Source of the DNA: Catajapyx aquilonaris
Lineage: Eukaryota
Assembly (NCBI GenBank): GCA_000934665.2
Contig: JYFJ02000754.1
Location: 1 to 64,000 of the forward strand
Direction of reading: 5' to 3'
DNA length: 64,000 nucleotides
Below the pieces are notes generated by a model. The model made no database searches and was not told the DNA's origin. It worked only from the letters and a program-made list of their open reading frames with translations. The position numbers and the translations under genes are program-made. Positions 23,159 through 38,100 of the stretch are shown piece by piece (within the stretch, counting starts at the first letter, position 1; the number at the start of each line of letters is the position of its first letter).

Positions 23159-26100
23159 ATGGACAGCATGGGAAGGGGGAGCGAGTCCACCAGCAGGGCG
23201 GACTCTCCCATCGCCTCAGACTTCTCCTTGACCTCCATCTCAACCGAGGCCAGGAAGGAGAGCCAGGAAGGACTCGTATGGGGACCCAGGAGGCAGTTTA
23301 AGTACTTGGCCAGGACATGCAGGGACCCTAAGGTAATCAATCAATCGCTGAATAATAAGTAAATAATGAATAACGTCACAACGTAAAATGAGCCAGTCAG
23401 TCTCACGCAGGCATTGTTATGAATCTGTTTACACTTCGTACAGTCTGAAGCTCGTCCCAGAGGAATGTATCACATCGAAGCCATCCCGGTGCTGGAGTCC
23501 AACCCACCCGCCATGGGGGACGAGCCTCTGTCGGAACTCATGAGGCAGCTGGAAAGGGTGTCCAACTCTCCTCCTCTGTTCCAGACCTGCTCAAAGACTA
23601 AAGTTGCTCCTTACAAGGTGGGTGTGAGACACATCCGTGAGATTGACATGGCGTGTGATTGTCTGCAACGGACGAGTTAATGTGTGTTAATTTCAGTACC
23701 AGGAATACAGCCGCTTCCCGAGCCGCACCATAGGAGCTCACTTCACGCCTGGCTCAATCACCCTTGACATAACGAAGCTCCCACTAGCTAAACAGGACCG
23801 AAAGAGGAAGAAGGTTACACTGCCGAAGCTCACCGATGACGAGAAGTATCCTCCGCAGACCTGGAAGGTGACATATTTTACACAATATAAAATAATAAAA
23901 AAGCGTATGGCTTAAAAACAATGGCTAACATTTCATATTGTAAGTACATGTTAATTGACGTTGTAATTTGGCAGCAAATCATGGAGAAGGAGGAGCTGAT
24001 CAAGCGTTCCCATGGGATTAAGAGGCCCAAGATGATGACGGAGTTTAAGAGGAAGGCTTCATCGTAAGTACTTCATGCATCGAAATAATTGTCAAAAGAC
24101 ACCTAATATAACTACTGGCCAATTATTAGATACGAGGGCTCGAACACCGTGAGCCTTCCGTCGTCTCCGGCCGACCAGATGTTCCTTCTGCAAGAGGCGG
24201 AGGAGAAGAAGTGGAAGGAGGACGTGCGGCAAGAGGACCTGGAGAAGCTGGTCCACTACAAAGAGAAGATCTCGACGAACCTGCTTCCTCCGCAGGATGA
24301 AGCCTCCATCTCCAGGATGAAGATCCTGGCAGGGGAGCTGAAGATGACGACCTACCGCCTGAGGAGGAAGATGGGGTTCGTCCTCCAGGAGGTGCAGGAG
24401 ATGTACTACGACGGCCTGAGGGAAGCCATCATCGAGTATCTGGTGGTGGACCCCAAGTGAGTATGAAACCCGTTGGTGGTCCTGCGGAGTTAACACGTGC
24501 GTTTGCAGGGAGAAGGAGCGACTGCAGATGGTGACGGCGGTGTTGCGCCACCCACGATTCATCCTGCGGGCTCCCGTCCCCTGGCATTCCAGCACCTTTG
24601 TCGCAAAGGAGTTCATGCGGCACAACCTCTTCATGACCAATCCGGCTGTGATCAAGCTGCGAAACATGTGGGATCACCGTATGTATAGCTCGTAAAATCC
24701 TTTTTTTCTGGCTCTGACCTTATTGCTCTCGTGTCAGGTTACTGGAGCATGGTCCTGGCCGACCCGGAAAGCGTGATAATGGAGGCGTGCGAGGAGGCGA
24801 GCAAATCGTCGGAGTCCGTTTCGTCCGACATAAACCTGAACGACTCCCTGGCGAACGTAGACGAGGATCTCCCTCCTACCCCCGCCACTCCGCATAGTGT
24901 GCCCATGAAGCCCCACGAGCTGCTGATACTCGGGGTCACTCCGGACGACTTCGAGAGGGTGTTCAAGCGTCGGTGCCAGCAGACCCTGGAGCAGCTCCAA
25001 TCGCAGTGGCTGACAGAGTGCAGGAAGTGCATGGAGGACACGGTGCAATACTGGGCCTCATTGGTGCCGCACACGAAGAAGGACTCGGCTATGCAGGTGA
25101 CCTGCACACGGCAGAAATTTATCCAAAAAATACATATGTGGCTGAAATGCACATGTTACGACCGAGCAATAGAAATTTGCATTATGCAGCCTCTGGAAAT
25201 GATGCTAATTTTTGTTGCGCTACTTTCAGATCCACAAGTTTTTCAAGACCATAGCGACTCTGATGTCGATGCAGCTGAGGGATCTGGTCAGCCGTTCCAT
25301 CACCAGGCTCGTCACCTTCGTGGAGCAGTTCACGGTGAGTATACCCATGGTACGCAGTGGCACTGCTGGCTGAGAGTTAATTGTCTGACTTCCGACCAGG
25401 ACGGGAACGACTATTCGGGCGAGTTTGACGACTACAAGTACGTGGTCCACGCGATGCTCCGCATACAGCTCGTCCCCAGGTTTGGCAAGGAGCCTCCGTA
25501 CCTGGTGTTCAGTCCTTCCCTGAAGGAGGTGAGGGACATGCTGGTCCGATGCGTGAAGTACCTGGTGGAGTGCAACGAGAAGTTTCCGCGAGTCGAGAGA
25601 GCCATGTTTCCAGGTATGTTCCGTACGCTGGACGCTTGAAGCCGCCTGCAAATGCGACTTGATGTACCGTAATTGTGCAATTTTTTCTCATCACTTTGTC
25701 TTTTGTGTCCGTTACAGAGATGACACAGCTTCCCCTGTACTTGCATCCAATCACCTTGGACGAGGATCTGGTTCGCGAGGCTCTGGCCCGAATCATTCGC
25801 GTGTGGGCGTTAAACTGCCCCGGGCCCGTCAAGTACATAAGCAACTACGAGGAGTACCTCCCGCTCCTGAACGGGGAGACAGAGGCCCACGTGAGCGTCT
25901 TCCTAACCACGGACATGATCCTCAAGACCTTCGGGAAGAAGATAGACGACTACAAGGCGCTTGCCAATGAGATCATGTTCGTCGGACCATACGCTCTTCT
26001 CAACATGATATGCGTAGACTGCAATGGCCTGAACCAGAGGCTGGTCGATGCCGTGAAGGAGCTGGTGGCGAAGCTGGTCGATTTCCAGATCCATCTGTCG

Positions 26101-29100
26101 CGAGAGCACAACCACGGGTGAGCTTCGTTCGACTTGATAACTTGAGTTGATAACTTAAGTCGTCGTCTTTTTTTTTTTCAGCATTTGCTTCCAGTTCGAT
26201 TACATGTCGGACAAAGTGAGCCACCTTCCGGAGACCACCGCCGAGCTGGTTGAAATGATAGCGTATCTGGCTCAGTCGCAAGGGGATGTGGCAGGGCCGC
26301 TCAGAGAAGCCATCAAGACTTCGGGGACCAATCTCCTCTTCCTCTTGGATTACGCCGAGCTCACACGTCAGTAATAGCCTTCTCTTATTTTTTTTTTACG
26401 TATCTGACAATTACCGAAGCGGTGCCATCCACGCATTTGGATGATTGTCGTTTCAGCGGACGATATTGCGCTGAATGTACGTGTGAACCAGTGGCCCCGC
26501 GAGATGCTCTCCGTGTTCGAGCTGTGCGGAAACCGCCTGCGCCACAAGCGAGACCAGGTGGAGGAGGCCCTTCGCAAGCGGATCCTAGAGCTGGACGAGA
26601 ATCTGGAGGTCATCAATATGGAGCTGGACGTGTTCAAGAAGAAGGATCCGCCCGTGATCACCACCGAGGAGCTGGCCTTGAATGCTCAGAAGGCGGACGA
26701 GCTCGGGGAGAAGCTTAAGCTGGCCCAGGATGAGATGAACGTAAGTTCTGCCCATTTTGATGGGAGTACATGCAATGATTGTGTCGCACTTGCAGCACAT
26801 CAACGACGAAGAGGGCCTGCTGGAGTTTCCGCACACGCCCTTCACTCTCCTCGGGAACATGATCACTACCCTGGAGCCGTACGACAAGCTGTGGCACACC
26901 TCGCACGACTTCAACGTCAAGTCCGAGCTGTGGCTCAACGGGCCCTTCCGCGGCCTGGACGCAGAGGCGATCGAGGAGGACGTGGAGGGGATGTGGAAGA
27001 CGGCCTACAAGCTGACCAAGGTGTTTGCCGACCAGCCCGGTCCGAAGAGGGTGGCCGACCTGCTCAAGACCCGAGTAGAGAAGTTCAGGCAGTACCTCCC
27101 TCTGATGCACATCATCTGCAATCCGGGGATACAGGACAGGCATTGGTCAATTGTGAGTTTTGATCCCTCCCCCAGCCAAGATCGACCTGCTCTTAGCAAT
27201 ACTGATCGTGGATTATATTTTTTTTGGCAGATGAGCGACATTATGGGCTTCTACACGAGACCTTCCAAGGACGCTTCCCTGGCCAAGATGCTTGAGACCG
27301 GAATGGCCAAGTTCGTAACCCAGCTGGAGGACATTAGCCAGGCCGCGACTAAAGAGTATTCGCTGGAGCGGAACCTCAAGAAGATGAAGACCGAGTGGAA
27401 CGACATCAAGTTTGAATGTGTGCCGTACAGGTCAGTTCGCTGCTCCTGCTTCGTACAGCAGAACCCCTATTATTATTATTATTATTATCGGTCACCCATT
27501 GGACACAAAATAGGTGGGATCATCCGAAGAGGGGAATTTTAATGAAACAAAACAAAGAACATGAAATTGCGGTTTTATAAGAAATCATGAAGTATTTATC
27601 CTTTACTGTACCGTACTTACAATTTAACTAGGGCAATTTATGGAACGAATGTGGTGGTACATTACACTAATTGACGAGAAAAATATATTTAATATAGAGC
27701 GGAATGGTTGGATAATCAGTGCTCTTTTGTAGCTTCGTACACACCAGTTGTTGTTACATGCGATTGAATTTGACTATCTTTTTTTCTCTCAATGCCAATG
27801 TGCAGGGACATGAACAACAGGTATGGCCTCCTGCTTTTCCGTGCTTTAGGCCGTGTTTACATGCAATCGATTTGATCAGCGATGTACAGCTATGAATCAA
27901 TTGCTTGGGAGCGATTGGTACTTTCGCCTCAAACAATTTATTCTCAGGTAGTCGCTCAACATGTGAACGCGGCCTTATACCAATTGTACTTCCCGCTAAT
28001 GTGTGCATGGTGTCCGATAGGGAGACGGGCGTTTGCATCCTGTCCGCGGTAGACGACACCCAGACGATGCTGGACGACCACATCCTGAAGGCCCAGACGA
28101 TGGCCGGGTCTCCGTTCATCAAGCCTTTTGAGATGGAGATGGGCGCCTGGGAGCGCAAGCTGGTCCAGATGCAGGACATCCTGGACGCCTGGCTTAAAGT
28201 GCAGTCCACCTGGCTCTACCTGGAGCCCATCTTCAGCTCAGAGGACATCATACAGCAGATGCCAGCCGAGGCTCGGAAGTTCAAGCAGGTGGACCAGACC
28301 TGGCGGGTGGTGATGCAGCACGCAGTCAAGGATCCGCACGTGATAACGGCCACGGACCTGCCCAACATGCTGAGGAAGCTGACCATCGCGAACACCCTGC
28401 TGGACGAGATCCACACTGGGCTCAACGACTACCTGGAGAAGAAACGGCTGTTCTTCCCCAGGTTCGGCTGACGCTTCTGTTAATCGCGCCATCAGATTTT
28501 TACATGCCCTAATTGGCCAGGTTCTTCTTCCTGTCGAACGACGAGCTGCTGGAGATCCTCTCGGAGACCAAGGATCCACTGCGGGTCCAGCCGCATCTGA
28601 AGAAGTGCTTCGAGGGTATCAACCGCTTGGTGTTCACCCAGGCCATGGAGATCACCGGGATGGTGTCCGCAGAAGCAGAGGTCGTGAAGCTGTCCCGCTC
28701 CATACGGCCGCTGGACGCAAAGGGTCTGGTGGAGAAGTGGCTGATTCAGGTGGAGGAGCAGATGATCGAGTCTCTCCGGGACGTTATTGGCGACTCGATC
28801 AGGTCCTACGCCGTGCAGGACCGTACCGAGTGGGTCGTGTCTTGTCCCGGACAGGTCATACTCTGCGTGTCGTGCGCTTACTGGACCGCGGAGGTCACTA
28901 TGGCCATCTCGGTCCAAGATGGACTGCCGGTTGGTCCCGTGTGATTCCAGGTACGAGGGAGTCTGAGTATTAACCTTTCGGCAATTTCCGTCACAGATGT
29001 ACCGGGACAAATGCAGCGGACAGATCGACGACATAGTCGCTCTGGTGCGTGGAAAGCTCTCCGGGAACACTCGCATTTCGCTGGGTGCCCTGATCGTGCT

Positions 29101-32100
29101 GGACGTTCATGCGAGGGACGTGGTGGGGCAGCTGGCTAACCTGGGCGTGGGCTCCCCAGACGACTTCAACTGGATCAGTCAGCTCAGGTGCGGTGCTGGT
29201 TTACATGCGATTGTTCAGGGCGAAAGTAACAATCGCTGGCATGTAAACGCAGCAACGTTATATTATTATCAATCTGAGTTATACGAAAAATTTGATTCCT
29301 GTCGACAATGGTTGCCATGGCAATTCTCGTTAAAAACCGATGGATTTTATTAATATAAAACCTGCTCGGTTAAACCCTGCCTTGTATGACATTTGATGTG
29401 AAATGCGCTATTTGCAGGTACTACTGGATCCAGGAGACGCACGTCATGGACGTCCGCATGATCACCACTTGTATCCCGTACGGGTTTGAATACCTCGGGA
29501 ATTCCGGCCGTCTCGTGATCACTCCTCTGACGGACAGATGCTACCGGACCCTAATGGGCGCCCTGAAGCTGAACCTCGGGGGAGCTCCGGAGGGTCCTGC
29601 CGGGACCGGAAAGACGGAGACCAGCAAGGATCTGGCCAAGGCGGTGGCGAAGCAGTGCGTCGTCTTCAACTGCTCGGACGGTCTGGACTACAAGGTCAGT
29701 TGCCGCGAATGTCGACGGGGACATTCTCATGATGTGGGCTTACTCACTCCCGACAGGCTATGGGCAAGTTCTTCAAGGGTCTGGCCCAGGCCGGCGCGTG
29801 GGCCTGCTTCGACGAGTTCAACAGGATCGAGCTGGAGGTGCTGTCCGTCGTGGCACAGCAGATCCAGAGCATCCAGACGGCAATCGCAAGAGGCATGAAG
29901 ACCTTCCTGTTTGAGGGGACTATGCTGGCGCTCAACCCGACCTGCACCATCTTCATTACCATGAACCCCGGGTATGCATAAGTCGCCACTTGTTTTCCAA
30001 TTATATGCTAAAGTGCAGCTTGTTTACAGGTATGCCGGTCGACAGGAGCTGCCAGACAACCTGAAGGTGTTGTTCCGGACCGTGGCAATGATGGTGCCGG
30101 ACTACGCGATGATCGGAGAGATATCCCTGTACTCCATGGGATTCGTCGTCGCCAGGAGGTGCGTTCGCATGTTAAGACTGACCTGAACTTGCTAAAAATC
30201 TGCTCCCTTTTTTCCCGATCCGAAGCTTGGCTGGCAAGATAGTGGACACGTACAAGCTGTGCTCGGAGCAGCTGTCCTCCCAGCACCACTACGACTACGG
30301 GATGAGGGCGGTCAAGGCGGTGCTGACCGCCGCTGGCAACCTGAAGCTGAAGTACCCGGAGAAGAACGAGGCCCAGCTGGTCCTGAGGGCCATCATGGAC
30401 GTCAACCTCCCAAAGTTTCTGTCCCAGGACGTGCCATTGTTCGAGGGGATCATCTCGGATCTGTTCCCTGGAGTGGAACTGCCAGCACCGGACCGGGGAG
30501 TGATGCTGGCTTCTTTGGAGCGGCACTGCCGAGAGAAGTGCCTGCAGCCGACCCCGTGGTTCCTGGATAAAATTATTCAGGTATGCGGGTTAGTCGAGGG
30601 GTTTGTCGGCACTTGTGAAGGCCTCTGCACCCTTAGAAGTCCATTGTACACACTATAGTACCTCGAAGCGGAATTAGTTCAAAGTGCGCTGGATAATGAA
30701 TTGATTTCATTTGCCAGGTGTACGAGATGATCTTGGTCCGTTGGGGCCTGATGATCGTGGGTGAGCCCATGTGCGGGAAGACCTGTTCCTGGGCTATTCT
30801 GGCCGCAGCCCTGAACGAGATACACGCGAAGCCCGAGCTGGGGATGGAGGAGCAGCGGGTCATCCATCGGATAATCAACCCCAAATCCATAACCATGGGG
30901 CAGCTGTACGGCTCCTTCGACCTGGTGTCGCACGAGTGGTCAGACGGGGTCCTGGCCAACACCTTCCGGGAGTTCGCTTCCTCCCAGACGGAAGACCGCA
31001 AGTGGATCATATTCGACGGTCCGGTGGACGCAGTGTGGATAGAGAACATGAACACGGTGCTGGACGACAACAAGAAGCTGTGCCTCATGTCCGGAGAGAT
31101 CATCCAGATGTCGTCGACCATGAATCTCATATTCGAGCCTGCCGATTTGGAGCAGGCGTCGCCCGCCACCGTCTCCAGGTATGCCGCTTATTCGAAGCGT
31201 GGAACTTGTAGCTAATATTCGTGTGCGACAGGTGCGGAATGATCTACCTGGAGGGAGAGGCGCTCGGTTGGCGTCCGCTGAAGGACTCCTACCTGCAGCA
31301 GCTTCCCGACACGGTGACCCCGGACCAGAAGGAGACTCTGGAGGAGCTCTTCGAATGGCTGATTCCTCCTTGCATGTTCTTCATACGGCGGGAGTGCAAG
31401 TGCTTCCTCAACACGTCCGAACTGCATCAATTCAGGGTAAGTTATTGTTACGGGAGCGCTACGATCACACTGATCTCATCTTGTGTCCGCAGTCGTTTAC
31501 CCGGTTGTACACGTGTTTGCTGATGGACGAGAAGGGGACCATCGCGGCTCTCAGCATAAACTGGCTTCAGACGTCCTTCCTCTTTTCGATCGTATGGGGA
31601 ATTGGGTCGACCCTCACAGGTCAGTTAGATATGTTCTCATTGACATACAGAACAGAAAAGCTAACGATGCATTTCCGTGCGGCAAGGCGACGGCCGGCTG
31701 AAGTTCGACGCGTTCCTGCGTGACCTGCTGTCCGGCCAGCTGGCAGAGCATCCCAAGCCGAAGTGCTTCAAGCTCGGGAAAGCCCAGCTGTTCCCAGAGC
31801 GAGGCGTCGCATGGGACTTCTTCACGGACCGCAAGAACAACGGGCTGTGGGTCAACTGGCTGGACACCCTCGAGAAGGGGAAGACCCAGCTTCCGCCACC
31901 GACTGCCAAGGTGAACGAGCTGATCATCCCGACCACCGAGACGGCCAGGCAGGCATTCCTGCTTCAGACGCTGATGGCGATCCACGCGCCGATGCTCTTC
32001 GTGGGACCCACCGGAACTGGGAAGTCGGCCCTTACCCTCAGCGCACTGGCCAGCTTGCCGAAGGACAAGTTCGTGGTGAACATCATCAACTTCTCCGCCC

Positions 32101-35100
32101 GGACGTCAGCGAACCAGGCACAAGACATGATCATGAGCAAGCTGGACAGGTCAGATCTCTCTCGACTTATTGTGAAAGGCGCACGTCTTGAACTGTTCTT
32201 TCTGCAGGCGTCGCAAGGGCGTGTTTGGACCTCAGATCGGGAAAACATGTATCGTGTTCGTGGACGACCTGAACATGCCCCAGAAGGAGATCTACGGGGC
32301 ACAGCCTCCCGTGGAGCTCCTGAGGCAGTGGGTGGACCATTCCCACTGGTACGACCGGAAGGACACCTCCAAGGTCGAGCTGGTGGACCTCTACTTCCTG
32401 GCCGCCATGGGACCTCCCGGTGCGGGTGCTAACGAGATCTCGGGAAGACTCACCCGGCACATGAGCGTGATGAGCATCGACTCCTTCAACGACGAGACGC
32501 TCGGGAAGATCTTCACTTCCATCGCGGACTGGCATTTCGCAAAAGGGTTCGACTCAAACGTCAGCAGATGGGGAAGGGTGAGTGATCCTGGTTGAATCGA
32601 GGACGACACTTAATTTGGTCCTTTTGTCACGTGAGCGATTTGATCAATTTGATGCACTTTCGATTCGATTTGAGCTGAGTGTTGAAATCACAGTTGTTTG
32701 TAAGCGAAACGCGATGGTTACATTCGCTCTAGACAATAGGTCTCTATGCTAAGCTGCATATGCATTATCAGTGCTGTGCATCGCTGAGCGAAAGTAACAA
32801 TATATTTTCACCCCAAACAATAGGTCTCATCGCTGAAACATTGCTGATAAATCGCTTGCTTGTAAACGCGGCTTTATTTCATTTTATTTCATTTTGTACC
32901 CCGGTTCTCAGACCATAAATAATCATGAAATCACATGTAAACACGGCCTTATGTCCAGTAGATGGCAATGAAGTTAATTAATTTTTTCGTGTGTTTCCCA
33001 TTGCAGAATGTGGTCCAAGCGACGCTTTTGGTGTACAAGGCTGCCATGGACAAGTTCCTTCCGACCCCGATGAAGTCCCACTATGTCTTCAACTTGCGAG
33101 ACTTCTCTCGAGTTATACGCGGCGTCCTTCTGGTGCCGGCCACACACATGCCGGAGTCGCCAAAGCTCTTCCGGCTGTGGATCCACGAGGTGTACCGTGT
33201 GTTTTACGACCGGCTGGTGGACGACAAGGACAGGCAGGTCTTCTTCGATATTGTGTACAAGGTGGTGCAGGACATGTTCAAGCAGGACATGGGCAACCTC
33301 CTCCAGGCCGTGGTGCCCATGGGGAAGAAGCTGAAGGACGACCACGTCCGAGGCGTGATGTTCGGAGACTACATGGTGATGGACACGGAAACCAGGATTT
33401 ACGACGAGGTTGAGGACCTGGACCTCCTCGTTGACGTGAGTTGTTGCGATGCCCTCGCTGCCAATTGATGCGTTAACCCATCTCCTCTCTGACCAATAAG
33501 GTGATGGAAGCTTATCTGGAGGAGTACAACACGGTGCATAAGACCCCGATGGATCTGGTGGTCATGTTCCGGTTCGCGATAGAGCACGTCAGCCGCATCA
33601 GCCGCGTCTTGAAGCAGGACAACGGCCACTGCCTGCAGGTCGGGATCGGGGGGAGCGGGAGACGCACCTGCACAAAGATGGCCACGTTCATGGCCGGGTA
33701 CGAGCTGTATGAGATCGAGATCACCAAGACGTACGGGATGAACGACTGGAGGGAGGACCTGAAGCTGCTCCTCAAAAAGGCCGGAGCCGAGGGGAAGCAG
33801 ACCGTATTCCTACTGTCGGACACCCAGATTAAGGACGAGGCCTTCGTGGAGGACGTGAACGTCATCCTGAACACGGGGGACGTCCCCAACCTGTACGCTG
33901 GGGACGAGAAGGCGGAGATTCTGGAGAAGATGCAGGTGGGGTAGTACCTCTTAAATGTAGGGTGTAATGTCCCAATAATTGATGCTGCCGTTCGTTGCAG
34001 TCGTGAAATTCATCGACGAGATTTAAGCATTAACTCCTGAAATGTTTCAGTACGCATACATTTTTGTGTGAGAGATTATTCAGACTTTGGATTCAAATTA
34101 GACGTTGATGCATATTTAAATTTTAGGCAAAAGTGTACAGATTGCGCCGTTGCTTGCAGCTTAGAGCGAACTGCGTCTGGGTGTCTTTCAATTCGCTTCT
34201 TTTGCAGCTGATGTTTTAAATGCTAGACGACCGATTTGGGCAGGTAATGTTACATGTTTATGTGTACAACTTATTAGAGCAATATGTTTTATGTGGCAAT
34301 GTGTGTCGCAAATTTTACTGATGCACTCTGTATGTTCCATTGAGAAGGAGTTGCTTGACGCGGACGAGGTGAGTCTCGTTTCATGGTGCTCTGTAGTTAA
34401 ATGAATTCTGCATGGCATGCTAATGTAGGAGTAATTGTGGCGGAGAGGAGCTTCCTTTTTTTTTTTTTTCTGAGCGTAACTGTCATGTTGTAAAAAAAAA
34501 GTAGCACTGGAATGCTATTCAGCTCTTGATCAACTGTAGTGCTGATGGGCTTTCCTTTCGTTCGCACAGACAGCTGCAAGTGCTGCGCGCAAAAGCGACA
34601 CCTCCCCGATGGCCCTGTACAACTTCTTCATCGAGCGAGTGAAGGCCAACCTCCACATGGTCCTGGCTCTCTCCCCGGTTGGAGACGCCTTCCGTACCCG
34701 CCTGCGAATGTTCCCTTCCCTGATCAACTGCTGCACCATCGACTGGTACATGCCGTGGCCAGAGGACGCCCTGCAGAAGGTGGCCGAGCGGTACCTGAGC
34801 GGGGCCCAGGAGGACAAGAAGAAGAAGGCGAAGAAGGGCGGCGGCGGGAGCGAGGTGGAGCTGGGGCTGTCTACGGACGTGGTGAAGAGATGCGTGAGCA
34901 TGTGCATGGAATTCCACGTCGCAGCCAGAGTGCTGTCGGAGAGGTTTCTCCAGGAGCAAGGGAGGCACAATTACATCACGCCCACGTCGTACCTCGCTTT
35001 GATACAGGTAATTAACGTGACGGCGCCTTTCCCGAAATTGCTTCAACGACTCTTTGCCGCCAGACGTTCAAGACCATGCTGAGCCGAAAGCGCCTGGAGC

Positions 35101-38100
35101 TTCAAACCCTTCGCAGTCGGTACGTGGTGGGGCTGGAGAAGCTGGACTTTGCCGCCTCCCAGATCAGTGTGATGCAGGTGGAGCTGACAGAGCTGCAGCC
35201 CCAGCTGATCCTCACCTCCGCCCAGACCGAGGCCTTGATGGTCAAGATCGAGCAGGAGACGGTGGCTGTCGAGGCGAAGAAGGAGATGGTGGCAGCGGAT
35301 GAAGCCGTCGCCAACGAGGCAGCTGCCGCAGCCCAGGCCATCAAGGTCTGTTATTGTCACCGTGCGTATGCGAACATTGCGGCTGATTCTCTTAATCCCA
35401 GGATGACTGCGAGAACGACCTGGCCGAGGCCGTCCCCGCGCTGCAAGCTGCCGTGGGGGCCCTGAACACCCTGAAGCCGCAGGACATCACGATGGTCAAG
35501 TCCATGAAGAACCCTCCCGGAGGAGTGAAGCTGGTGATGGAGGCCGTCTGCGTGATGAAGGGTTCCAAGCCGGAGAGGAAGCCCGATCCAGGCGGCTCCG
35601 GAAAGATGATCGAGGACTACTGGGGCCCCTCGCAGAAGCTGCTGGGGGACATCAAGTTCCTGGACTCCCTGAAGATTTACGACAAGGACAACATCCTGCC
35701 GCCCATCATGAAGAAGATCAGAGAGAAGTACGGTTTAAGTACAGGCTGCGTTCACATGTGAGCGATTCGCTGAGCATGGGGCGAATCGCTCAAATGTAAG
35801 CGCGGCATAAATTGACACCCATCTTTTTCCAATAATTTAGGTACGGAAGCCGAGTAACGATCTTTGCACCAAACAATAGGTTTAATTGCTCAGCGAATCT
35901 GTCATATGTAATTCCGTTATTGCTAGTTTTCCGGCCAGTTTTTCCGAATGTTGTCTTTTTTTTGATCCTTCATGTGAGCTGAGTGATGAAAATCTATTGT
36001 TGCTTTTGCCCCAAACATTGGCTTCATTGCTCAGCGCAGCTCAGGGAATTGCTCACGTGTACTATAGTAAGAGCGACATTATAATGTGTCGACCAATTGA
36101 AACCCGCCATCATTGCCTTTTCAGGTACATAAACCACCCGGACTTTGAGCCGAGCCAGATCCGCAACATCTCTGCCGCCTGCGAGGGCCTCTGCAAGTGG
36201 GTCCGCGCGATGGAAGTGTACGACCGGGTGGTGAAGATAGTCGCGCCCAAGAAGGCCAAGCTGGCGGAGGCTGAAGGGGAGCTGAGCCAGCAGATGGAGA
36301 AGCTGAACGAGAAGCGGGCGGAGCTCCAGAAGGTGACGGACCAGCTCCAGGCGCTGAACGACCACTTTGCCGGGATGACCCGGAAGAAGAAGGACCTGGA
36401 GGACTCCATAGAGATATGCAGCCAGAAGCTGGACAGGGCGGAGAAGCTGATCGGCGGCCTCGGAGGGGAGAAGGAGAGGTGGAGCGAGGCTGCCAAGCTG
36501 CTGGGGGAGAGGATGGACAACATCACAGGGGACGTGCTGATCGCCGCGGCTGTCGTGGCCTACCTGGGAGCTTTCACCGTCGACTTTCGGAACGTGAGTT
36601 TCAGTAACATTGTTTTTTTGAGCGTTTGTACGACCCAGCGTGTTTTAGGATTGCATCGAGGACTGGATGAAGCTGTCGGCCAAGCAAAAGATCGCATGCT
36701 CCTCCAACTTCTCCCTGATCACCACCCTGGGCGAGCCGGTGAAGATCCGCGCCTGGCAGATCGCAGGCCTTCCGGTGGACAACTTCTCCATTGACAACGG
36801 GATCATCGTGACCAACGCCCGCCGCTGGCCCCTGATGATCGACCCGCAGAACCAGGCCTCCCGCTGGATCAAGAACATGGAGAGGCAGAACCAGCTGTCC
36901 GTAATCAAGCTGACCGACTCCAACTTCCTGCGGGTGCTGGAGAACGCCATCCCTTTCGGACGGCCCGTCCTGTTGGAGAACGTCCGGGAGGAGCTGGACC
37001 CATCGCTGGAGACCATACTGCAGAGGGAGACCTTCAAGCAGGCTGGAATGACCGTCATAAAAATCGGGGACAATGTCGTGGAGTACTCCCAGGACTTCAG
37101 GTTCTACATCATCACCCGACTGAGGAACCCGCACTACCTGCCCGAAGTGTCGGTTAAGGTTGGTTCGAGAGTTTTGGCCAACTTCGATTAGAAATTACAT
37201 GATTTGACACACGCCTTGCAGGTGACACTCCTGAACTTCATGATAACCCCGCAAGGCCTGGAGGACCAGCTCCTGGGGATGGTGGCGGCTAAGGAGAAGC
37301 CCGAGCTGGAGGAGAAGAAGAACCAGCTGATCCTGGAGAGCGCCAACAACAAGAAGCAGCTGAAGGAGATCGAGGACGAGATCCTGAGGGTGCTGTCCGC
37401 CTCGGAGGGAAACATCCTCGAGGACGAGACCGCCATCAGGATCCTCTCGTCTTCAAAGGTGAGTCCAATCGCAACGAGGGCACATCTCATTGCAGTAATG
37501 TCAGAATCTAGCACATGTCTCTCGTTGTATGAATTTCAATCAGTCGATCAATCGACTATACGTATTTCATTAAAAGCTATAATCCCAATTTCTGCCCAAT
37601 CAATGTTGAGCTCTCTGCGAATCATTGAGATAATTTTGGAGTCTGTTTGCTTTCAAGACTTGCAAAGCGTTTGTACAAATTTCAATGATTTTCAATTGCT
37701 AGTGATAAGGCGTCTTAACAAGCTTTTGTTCATAGAGCAACGTGCTGTCGATGGAGTCACACTCATTGAGTCGGGCTATGATGACACGCTATGCAATTAA
37801 AATGTACACAGTATTTTAATTAGTCATATTAGACTAATAATAGTCTGCAATTGTTGTCAAGTGTTTTTTGTGTGTGTACATTTCGAGCATAAAGTGATCA
37901 TTGCCTCGACTGCAGTTCGCATATGCTGTACGTCAGTTTATTCACACAAGTCCCCCCCTCTTTTTTTTATCCCTTTTTTTTTTTGGATCTACCAACTGCA
38001 GAGCCGGGTGTGTATGACTATTAAATCGAAGTGACATATTTTTTGACATCCCCGCCTTTTTCTAGCCCTTGACTTGGATAAAGCGGGGGGATGCATATAA

